Origin: Thermodesulfobacteriota bacterium
GTDB lineage: Bacteria; Desulfobacterota_D; UBA1144; Nemesobacterales; N074bin48
NCBI GenBank assembly: GCA_041572575.1
Contig: JBFFSH010000028.1
Span: forward strand, 1 to 30,313
Direction: 5' to 3'
DNA: 30,313 bases
In this document: piece by piece, positions 8,457 through 15,718 of the stretch
Layout: the number at the start of each line of letters is the position of its first letter
How positions within the stretch are numbered: position 1 is the first letter of the stretch
Translations under genes and position numbers: made by a program
Notes under the pieces: generated by a model
The model's database searches: none
The model's input: the letters and a program-made list of their open reading frames with translations, nothing else
What the model was told of the DNA's origin: nothing

Positions 8457-8900
8457 TCAGCTGTTTGGACTGTCTGCTTCATAACTGCTGTCAGCAGATT
8501 CTGCGCTTCCGTTATAACTGGAAGACTGCATAAGGCATTTACCGTTATAAATACCGCCATCTTCGATGATAAAAGATTTGGAATTGATATCACCTACAAC
8601 AATCCCACCGCTTTTTATTATCAGCTTTTCTGAATGAATATTCCCTTCTACCCTGCCATGCACAGAAATCTCTGCTGCTTTTACCTCTCCGGATATAATC
8701 CCGCCTTCTCCCACAACAAGTGTTCCCTGACTGTCAATATTTCCTTTTATAGTACCGTCAAGTCTTGTAGAAGTGGGTGAAGTAAGGTTTCCCTCAAAAA
8801 TACACCCCTGGCCGATTAAAGTTATTACGTCGCTGCTCATATAGTCACTCACTGTTTGAGTAATATCACTACTACTCTTTTTTTTATTTAATATTCCCAT
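8457..8900 (-). CDS. Bactofilin (polymer-forming cytoskeletal protein, CcmA/BacA family)
   Basis: TLIGQGCIFEGNL...RLDGTIKGNI...LVVGEGG...GDI...IEDGGIYNGKC beta-helix repeats. Confidence 0.93.
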   Translation of the reverse strand: MGILNKKKSSSDITQTVSDYMSSDVITLIGQGCIFEGNLTSPTSTRLDGTIKGNIDSQGTLVVGEGGIISGEVKAAEISVHGRVEGNIHSEKLIIKSGGIVVGDINSKSFIIEDGGIYNGKCLMQSSSYNGSAESADSSYEADSPNS

Positions 8901-8904
8901 AAGA

Positions 8905-9735
8905 TTATTTAAATGTTAAATACTCTCTCGGATTTACTTTTTTCCCGTTTTTAATGATTTCATAATGCAGGTGTGGTCCTGTGGATCTGCCAGTAGAACC
9001 GGCTTTACCTATAAGCTGACCTGTTGTGACCTTTTCACCTTTTTTAACCTTTAATGAGTCCAAATGACCGTATAGTGTTTCATATCCGTTGTTGTGCTTG
9101 ATGATTACAGTTTTACCATAGCTCATATACCACCCGGCGTGCTTAACTTTTCCATCAGCTGTAGCTACTACCGGCTGGCGCATATTGGCATCAAAATCTA
9201 TACCTGAATGAAATGCGTACTTTTTAGCAAACGGGTCTTTTCTGTGTCCAAAACCTGAATTCACCTTGGCTTTTATGGGTTTGCCAAATGGGGTGCTTTT
9301 CATAATCTGGAAAAGATCATTGATATCTTTTTCCATAAAATCCATGTATGACAGGCTCCATCTGTCATCAGGAATATACTCTCCACCTATAGAAAGATCT
9401 TTATTAATTCCTTTTTTATCGAGAAGGCTCTGCATATCAAGCAGTTTATCTTCTATATCAACCAGCCTTGCCTGAAGCACTACTTTATCCGAGCTCATTA
9501 CATTTAGAAGATTTGCCTGATTTACAAGTAGGTTCATGGCCTCTTTCTTCTCACCTGCATAAGATTTAGCTTCATTATAAAAATTAAAACTAAAAGCAAA
9601 AGAAACAAAAGATATTAGAATAAAACCTAGAACAACACCAGCTGCAATTTTTATATGTTTATAGTCAATAGATAATGATTTTGTCCCCGAACCATTTGAG
9701 CTTACGAGCAAAACTGTCAAACGATTTTTATCCAT
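8905..9735 (-). CDS. M23-family metallopeptidase with N-terminal TM and coiled coil
   Basis: HSGID, YGHL and STGPHLHYE zinc motifs. Confidence 0.95.
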   Translation of the reverse strand: MDKNRLTVLLVSSNGSGTKSLSIDYKHIKIAAGVVLGFILISFVSFAFSFNFYNEAKSYAGEKKEAMNLLVNQANLLNVMSSDKVVLQARLVDIEDKLLDMQSLLDKKGINKDLSIGGEYIPDDRWSLSYMDFMEKDINDLFQIMKSTPFGKPIKAKVNSGFGHRKDPFAKKYAFHSGIDFDANMRQPVVATADGKVKHAGWYMSYGKTVIIKHNNGYETLYGHLDSLKVKKGEKVTTGQLIGKAGSTGRSTGPHLHYEIIKNGKKVNPREYLTFK

Positions 9736-9967
9736 TACTCTCCATCTCCTTATAACACACCCGATTAAATCATTCTTTAATGACTAATATACGCCTTTAT
9801 ACCTTAACCCCGGTCTTGAAAAGAATAATGCTGTGTTATATAACTCTAATTATTATGATTTTTTAATAATATTGCAAGAGCCCACCTGCTCTATCTACAC
9901 TTTTATAATACAAAAACACTTAGAAGTCAATACAAAATATTTTATTAGCTCTATTTTATTTTTATAC

Positions 9968-9996
9968 TTGACAAATAAAGTAATTTACTTTATTTT
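9968..9996 (+). promoter_or_regulatory. Sigma70 promoter of putative sRNA-2
   Basis: TTGACA-17-TATTTT; shares TACTTGACA and AATTTACTTTATTTT with the sRNA-1 promoter. Confidence 0.7.
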
Positions 9997-10002
9997 TATT
10001 AA

Positions 10003-10094
10003 CAGAGTTAATGAAAATACTTAAATCATCCTCCATCCTCCTTTAAGATAACGGGAATGGTTATTGACCCAAATAATCATTCCCGTTAATTTTT
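10003..10094 (+). ncRNA. Putative sRNA-2, paralog of sRNA-1 (ends approximate)
   Basis: Seed CATCCTCCATCCTCCTTT at 10027-10044; 17-bp hairpin 10049-10088 (one G-U) followed by ATTTTT. Confidence 0.7.
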
Positions 10095-10140
10095 AACTTA
10101 GTACATCATATAAATCCTATCATCAAGATTTCCGCATAAT

Positions 10141-10596
10141 ATGAAAAGTGATAATTATTATATGCAGCTTGCCATAGATGAAGCAAAAAAGGCTAAGATA
10201 AGAGGTGAGGTGCCTGTTGGATCAATAATTGTTGGCAATGACGGTAAAGTATCCGCAAAGGGCCATAATTTATGCGAAGAACTATCAGATCCGACCGCAC
10301 ATGCAGAGCTAATTGCTATAAGAAAACTCTCAAAAAAATTAGGGTCCTGGAGGCTTGACGGTACTACTCTGTTCTCGACTCTGCAGCCATGCCTTATGTG
10401 TATGGGTGCAATAGTAAATGCGAGGATAGGCAGACTGGTTTACGGTACGGATGACCCGGAATATGAAGGAACAAATTATATATACGAATTAGAAGATATT
10501 TATCCCCTTGTTAAAAAATTATCCGTTACGAATAATGTATTACAAGAAGACTGCGCTTTGTTGTTAAAAAGTTTTTTCAGTGCAATAAGAAAATAG
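10141..10596 (+). CDS. tadA: tRNA-specific adenosine deaminase
   Basis: GEVPVG, DPTAHAE, PCLMC, WRL. Confidence 0.88.
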   Translation: MKSDNYYMQLAIDEAKKAKIRGEVPVGSIIVGNDGKVSAKGHNLCEELSDPTAHAELIAIRKLSKKLGSWRLDGTTLFSTLQPCLMCMGAIVNARIGRLVYGTDDPEYEGTNYIYELEDIYPLVKKLSVTNNVLQEDCALLLKSFFSAIRK

Positions 10597-10600
10597 AATA

Positions 10601-10912
10601 TTATTTCTTAAACATTCCCATGAAATCTCTTACTATATTGCCGTCTTCAGCCCCTGCAAGCTTCTCAAGCTCACCGTCATCAAGCCATACTCCGTTACAA
10701 TCATCACACCTATCAATTGCAACGCCTCTAAACATTAATTCATGCAGTTCACCTGCGCATTTGGGGCATTTGAGATAACATATTTCCTTAAGCTCAGCAC
10801 GCTTTTTTTTAGCCTGCTCGTCATGAAGCCTGGCTTCTAACCTCTTTTTCTTCTCTGCATCTTCTTTTGCAAAATATTCTTCTTCTGATTTACTGATTTT
10901 ACTGTTACTCAT
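10601..10912 (-). CDS. zf-TFIIB-type zinc-ribbon protein
   Basis: EEEYF N-terminal helix, CPKC...IDRCDDCNGVWLDDGELEKL. Confidence 0.85.
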   Translation of the reverse strand: MSNSKISKSEEEYFAKEDAEKKKRLEARLHDEQAKKKRAELKEICYLKCPKCAGELHELMFRGVAIDRCDDCNGVWLDDGELEKLAGAEDGNIVRDFMGMFKK

Positions 10913-10955
10913 AATTTTTTACCTTTTAAATAGAATATAAAATTATTATATTAAC

Positions 10956-11624
10956 CTATGATGATTCTGCTCTCTGCCTGTTACTGCTCTCAGGTATTAT
11001 TGTAATGCTTTTTTTATCTCCATCAACCTTTGTATCATACCTGATTCCCTTTTCCCGCTTAAGCGTAATATAGGTTATCCTTCTCTCATAAGCCGACATG
11101 GGGCTTAATGTTACAGGTTTTCTGTTTTTTCTTACTTTCTTGACCGAATCCCTAACCATCTTTGAAATGGAATCCTCTTTTCTCCTTTTATATCCTTCAA
11201 TATCGATATAAATCCTTTTGCCTTTTCCTGTTTCAGTGGTTCTGCTCGATATTTTGCCTATAAGAAACTCAAGGGATTTTAACATCTCACCGCTCTTGCC
11301 GATTATAAGCCCTCTGTTATCAGACATTTTTACATCAAGCTTGATCCTGTCTGCTGTTTCCCTTAAGTTCACAGAGTAGTCTTCGCAAAAGTATGAAAGT
11401 ATATCATCGAGCACTTTTTTGGCCTTCAGACCCTTTTCACTCACATTTTCCTGAATAATCTTTGCCCTTACCTTTGCAGGTCTTCCCCCAATTCCAAGCA
11501 CCCCTTTAGATCCCTCATTTAATACTTCAATATCAACCTGGTTCCTTGTAACACCCATCTGTTCACAGGCATTAATAATTGCCTCTGAAACTGTTTTACC
11601 TTCAACCTCAAGTTCAACTGACAT
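10956..11624 (-). CDS. jag: RNA-binding protein Jag/EloR/KhpB (Jag_N-KH-R3H)
   Basis: EGKTVSEAI, KH motif IIGKSG, LSPMSAYERR; follows yidC. Confidence 0.92.
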   Translation of the reverse strand: MSVELEVEGKTVSEAIINACEQMGVTRNQVDIEVLNEGSKGVLGIGGRPAKVRAKIIQENVSEKGLKAKKVLDDILSYFCEDYSVNLRETADRIKLDVKMSDNRGLIIGKSGEMLKSLEFLIGKISSRTTETGKGKRIYIDIEGYKRRKEDSISKMVRDSVKKVRKNRKPVTLSPMSAYERRITYITLKREKGIRYDTKVDGDKKSITIIPESSNRQRAESS

Positions 11625-11639
11625 CGTATAAATCCTCCA

Positions 11640-13349
11640 TTAATGTTTAGCAGTCTTTTTGTTAACATAGAGCTGCTGAACAATCGAAAGTATGTTGCTT
11701 ACAGTCCAATACAGAACAAGCCCCGAAGGCAGACCCCAAAACATGACTGTAAATATGATAGGCATAAACTGCATCATCTTCATCTGAAGCTCCATTTGAT
11801 CCGACCCGGGTGTCGTCATAGGAGTCATTTTCTGAGATATAAACCACGATACACCCATTGCAAGAGGAAGGATTCTAAAAGGTATTCCTATTGCTGGTAT
11901 ATCAAACAGCACTTCAGCTTCGGACAGATCGTTTATCCATAAAAACGCACTATGTCTTAAATCGATAGAATTTAGCAGTACTTCGTAAAGTGCAATAAAC
12001 ACCGGTATCTGAATAAGCATAGGCAGACATCCGCCTAGACTGCTTAGGGGGTTTACCCCATGGGCAGTATACATATTCATCATTTCCTGATTTTGCTTTT
12101 GCTTATCGTCTTTGTATTTTTCTTTTAGCGCATCTATTTTTGGCTTCAGTGTCTGCATCTTTACCTGAACCTCTTTCATTGAAGCCATGCTCTTTATAGT
12201 TAGCGGAAGAAAAATGACACGAATCAATATAGTAATAACTATTATTGAAATACCGTAGTTATTGAAATACTTATTCATGTAATTTAGGAGTGAAAGCACG
12301 GGCTTTGCCAGGAAGTCAAACCACCCAAAATCCATTGCGTGTTTAAGCTCAGGATCTGCCTGTTTTAGTGAATCCACCTGAAGCGGCCCAAGGTAGAGCT
12401 TGGATTTGTATGGTCTCTCATTACCGGGTTTAAGTTCATAAGCTGGATAAGAATACGTTGCCCGCACTAATTCGTCTCCGCCGGAAATTGAGGAAAACTT
12501 AACCTTATTCGTATCGTCTGATTCAGGAAGGAAGGTGTATAAAAAATATTTATCCAAAAAACCAAACCACTCTATTTTTCCGGCATACTCTATTGTTTGC
12601 TCGGGGTTACTGGATTCTTTTTGTATTTCATCAGAAACCAGTGCAATGAATTCCTTGCTTCTTCCCTGCGAATCTACCTTAAGCGCACTGCTGAATGTAT
12701 CTACACTCACAATGTGTTTAATCGTTTTACCGGTGCTGTTTATTATCCTGATGGTAGAGGTAACAAGGTAGCTGTTTGGGCTTATATTATATGTTTTTGA
12801 AATAGTTATTCCACCTGGTGATTTCCACACAAATTCCAGTTCCTTTGCGTCATCTTTAAGAACTATATTTTTACTGCCCGCATAGCTAAACGGTATGGGG
12901 TTTGGAATATCTTCAAAACTTGCTTGTACTCCAAGATTAAAGCCCGGAGGAGAATCGCTAAACAGGTTGTATTCTTGTGAGCCATTTTGAGTGCTTTCTT
13001 TATATTTATCGAGTTTCCATTCTACTATCCTTGCACCCAGAGGATCAATTTTACCAGTATAAAGAGGTGACTCAACTGTTATGAGGTTCTCAGAAGTAGC
13101 ATAGGGGCTTGATTTATCATCAAGCCTTTTAAAAATATTCTCGTCTTTAGATTTCGGTGTTTCTATACTCTTACTTACGGTGCCTGTATTATCAATGAGT
13201 TCATCATCAATACTGTCAGATATTTTTTCTTTTTGTGCAGTCTCTTCAACAACAGGTTTTGGTGGCGGAAAAAGTATTGAGTAGCCTAGAATGATTGCAA
13301 AAGAAAGTACAAAAAATATAATATAATTAATTTTATTATCGCTGTTCAT
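11640..13349 (-). CDS. yidC: Membrane protein insertase YidC
   Basis: DFGWF, NYGISII, GGCLPMLIQIPVF, LPSGLVLYWTVSN. Confidence 0.97.
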   Translation of the reverse strand: MNSDNKINYIIFFVLSFAIILGYSILFPPPKPVVEETAQKEKISDSIDDELIDNTGTVSKSIETPKSKDENIFKRLDDKSSPYATSENLITVESPLYTGKIDPLGARIVEWKLDKYKESTQNGSQEYNLFSDSPPGFNLGVQASFEDIPNPIPFSYAGSKNIVLKDDAKELEFVWKSPGGITISKTYNISPNSYLVTSTIRIINSTGKTIKHIVSVDTFSSALKVDSQGRSKEFIALVSDEIQKESSNPEQTIEYAGKIEWFGFLDKYFLYTFLPESDDTNKVKFSSISGGDELVRATYSYPAYELKPGNERPYKSKLYLGPLQVDSLKQADPELKHAMDFGWFDFLAKPVLSLLNYMNKYFNNYGISIIVITILIRVIFLPLTIKSMASMKEVQVKMQTLKPKIDALKEKYKDDKQKQNQEMMNMYTAHGVNPLSSLGGCLPMLIQIPVFIALYEVLLNSIDLRHSAFLWINDLSEAEVLFDIPAIGIPFRILPLAMGVSWFISQKMTPMTTPGSDQMELQMKMMQFMPIIFTVMFWGLPSGLVLYWTVSNILSIVQQLYVNKKTAKH

Positions 13350-13381
13350 TACTTATCTCTAATTGTTATTATTTCTCTTAT

Positions 13382-13609
13382 TTATTTAACCGGATCGTAT
13401 CCGCCAAAGCTAAAAGGGTTGCATCTCAATATTCGTTTAACTGAAAGATATAGCCCCCTGAAAATTCCGTGTTTTTCAAGCGCATGCGTACAATAAACCG
13501 AGCAGCTTGGATAAAATCTGCATGCACAGGGAAGGAGGAAAGAAACCGTCTTATAAACTCTAAGACCCCCAAGCATAATTTTTAGCAACGCATTTCTTAT
13601 CATAATCAA
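13382..13609 (-). CDS. yidD: Membrane protein insertion efficiency factor
   Basis: [16 protein letters not shown]. Confidence 0.95.
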   Translation of the reverse strand: MIMIRNALLKIMLGGLRVYKTVSFLLPCACRFYPSCSVYCTHALEKHGIFRGLYLSVKRILRCNPFSFGGYDPVK

Positions 13610-13956
13610 TGAATACTCTTTATATATCCCTCAAAGTCCCGGGCTTTATATAACCGCCCTTTATCACTTGCTTTTCTCAAATTTATTACCAAATAATCTT
13701 TACTATCCAGATACTCCTTATTCTTTCTGAATACCTCTCTAACTGCTCTTTTAAATTTGCTTCTCATGACAGATTTTGGAAGGTTTTTCTTGCTTGCTAC
13801 GATTCCCAATCGTGGATATCCCAGGTTGTTATCCAAGGTAATAACTCTTACGGACTCAAGATTGCTTCTACTGCCATGGGCAAACAATCTCTTGAAATCC
13901 AGTGTGTTATGTATCCTTAGATGTTTAGGAAAAGTTTCAGAAGAAACAGCCTTCAT
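13606..13956 (-). CDS. rnpA: Ribonuclease P protein component
   Basis: FPK-x-x-[10 protein letters not shown], divergent RNR motif ([16 protein letters not shown]); synteny. Confidence 0.92.
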   Translation of the reverse strand: MKAVSSETFPKHLRIHNTLDFKRLFAHGSRSNLESVRVITLDNNLGYPRLGIVASKKNLPKSVMRSKFKRAVREVFRKNKEYLDSKDYLVINLRKASDKGRLYKARDFEGYIKSIH

Positions 13957-14102
13957 TTCTTCTGTGCTTGGACTGCCAGACTGTGCCTGCCTTTGGATAG
14001 CCTTCTTTTTAGTACTCTTCTACCAGCTTTGGTACTCATTCTTTCACGAAATCCATGTGTACGTAAACGCTTCTTCGCATGCGGTTGATATGTTCTTTTC
14101 AT
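13953..14102 (-). CDS. rpmH: 50S ribosomal protein L34 (49 aa, absent from the ORF track)
   Basis: Manual translation [53 protein letters not shown] overlap with rnpA. Confidence 0.97.
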   Translation of the reverse strand: MKRTYQPHAKKRLRTHGFRERMSTKAGRRVLKRRLSKGRHSLAVQAQKK

Positions 14103-14183
14103 TGTATATAACCCCTAAAATGTAAAAATCTTGTATAAAAACCCCTAGTCTACCATGTAATTTACAAAAATCTATTATGCTGA

Positions 14184-15578
14184 TTAAGCTCTGGCCTTTT
14201 TCTTCTTGGCGCCCGAAGCTGCAACCTTCTTGTCTTTTTTAGTTTTGTGCGCAAAAGGATCCTTAATGTCGGAATGAAAGTGCTTGAAATGGTTTAGATG
14301 AAGATCGGTATAAGAGCCCTTTGGATAATACTTTTCATAAAAATCAACGTCTATATGCATTGCCTGAAATACAAGCCTCATGTACATTGGATCAACAAAG
14401 GCAGGGAACCTGCCATATGTGTCATATATATAGTTCAGAACGTCCTTTACAATTTCTTTTGTAGTTTCAGTAGGTTTTGGAGCCTGCATCAGGTGCTTGT
14501 CGGGTTCAGTGTATGGGAACGGCTTGTCTTCTTTCCATGCCTCGTTTTTATGCTCAAAAAATACATCGAATGCCTCGTTCATATCCTTATAATAAGGCGG
14601 TGAATATGCTTCAAACACGCCGTCTCTTCCTACAGGAACAGTAGTCGGAGGATCGATTGCACCCTTTTTGGGCTGTATAAACCTAAAACCAAGACCCTTA
14701 AACAGATCAGGAGCAGCACCCATGGCAAACCTTGGGATAAACCCGCTGAATGTCCAGCCGGCAAGTCCAAGAGCCTGAAGCGCAAGGCTCATGTTCTGAC
14801 AGATAAATGCCTGTTCTACGTTTAAGCCCGTAAGGATTCTTACCTCCAGATCAAAAAGTGACAGCTTAACCTGCTCTTTTAGTCTTCCCTTCTTGACCCA
14901 CTTGTCTACACCGGCGGGTTTTCCGGTAAGGTCATCAATAATAGTAAATCCGTATGTGTTACTGCAATACAGAAGCAGCAAATTAATATATTCTTCAGTA
15001 ATATCCGTTACAGGTATATAGACAGATGTTCCGGGCTTGTTGGTATTCCACTGGTTAAAATCAAAAAGGCCCGGCATTTTATCCGGTAGATCGGCCCTTC
15101 CGTCTTCAAGCTTAACAAGGCTTTCTCTGTAAAGCTCCATCACCCTTTCCACTCTTTGCTCTCTACTCATCTTAAAAAACATATCAAGCTCGTGGTTTTT
15201 AGGGAGCATGTGTTTTACATCTATATGATATAAACCCTCGTCGTTTGTAAAAAAAAGCTCCGTTCCGTGGTTATTACATGCCGATGGCCATGTTCTTCCT
15301 GTCCACTGGCAAAGAAGATCAATCCCGTTTTCAGGTGGAAGATCGGCAAGGCAAAGCCCGGTAAGCCCGGTACCTGACCATGCGATTAGAGCCTCTTCGA
15401 ATTCATCTAGCGGTATTGGAGGAGCATCGGACTTATACTGCAGAGTACTATTAGGAAGTTCCATCCCAAGTCCAAACCTTCTTGATCTCCTGTTAAATAT
15501 AGAATCAAAAAGCGGATAGTTTATAGCCTCCTGATATCCTTTACTCATAAATGTTTCAATATCTGATTTCTTAGCCAT
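14184..15578 (-). CDS. Uncharacterised nitroreductase-like (FMN-binding, SagB-like motifs) protein
   Basis: RRSRRF, RTWPSA and QNMSLALQALGL motifs; basic C-terminal tail. Confidence 0.6.
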   Translation of the reverse strand: MAKKSDIETFMSKGYQEAINYPLFDSIFNRRSRRFGLGMELPNSTLQYKSDAPPIPLDEFEEALIAWSGTGLTGLCLADLPPENGIDLLCQWTGRTWPSACNNHGTELFFTNDEGLYHIDVKHMLPKNHELDMFFKMSREQRVERVMELYRESLVKLEDGRADLPDKMPGLFDFNQWNTNKPGTSVYIPVTDITEEYINLLLLYCSNTYGFTIIDDLTGKPAGVDKWVKKGRLKEQVKLSLFDLEVRILTGLNVEQAFICQNMSLALQALGLAGWTFSGFIPRFAMGAAPDLFKGLGFRFIQPKKGAIDPPTTVPVGRDGVFEAYSPPYYKDMNEAFDVFFEHKNEAWKEDKPFPYTEPDKHLMQAPKPTETTKEIVKDVLNYIYDTYGRFPAFVDPMYMRLVFQAMHIDVDFYEKYYPKGSYTDLHLNHFKHFHSDIKDPFAHKTKKDKKVAASGAKKKKARA

Positions 15579-15681
15579 TTTGTTCCTCCAATATTGTTAA
15601 ATCATTATAAAAAACCAGTTAAGACTCTAAAATATTAATAACATAAAATCAACCAAAATTTAAACATAATTTAATATTAGA

Positions 15682-15710
15682 TTGTAGTTAGTAAACCCAG
15701 TCGATATAAT
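15682..15710 (+). promoter_or_regulatory. Sigma70 promoter of mutS, likely leaderless
   Basis: TTGTAG-17-TATAAT, with the -10 ending 8 nt before the ATG; no SD. Confidence 0.55.
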
Positions 15711-15718
15711 CTTAAGTC

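Noticed and set aside
9833..10024. 63-aa ORF upstream of sRNA-2
   Set aside because: AT-rich low-complexity frame with no RBS, running through the conserved promoter.
8300..10094. The two repeats as a CRISPR array or composite-transposon ends
   Set aside because: Only two copies 1.7 kb apart, with no spacers, cas genes, transposase or target duplication.
10375..10401. TadA TLQPC instead of the usual TLEPC as a sign of inactivity
   Set aside because: The catalytic Glu of HAE and the zinc ligands in PCxxC are intact.
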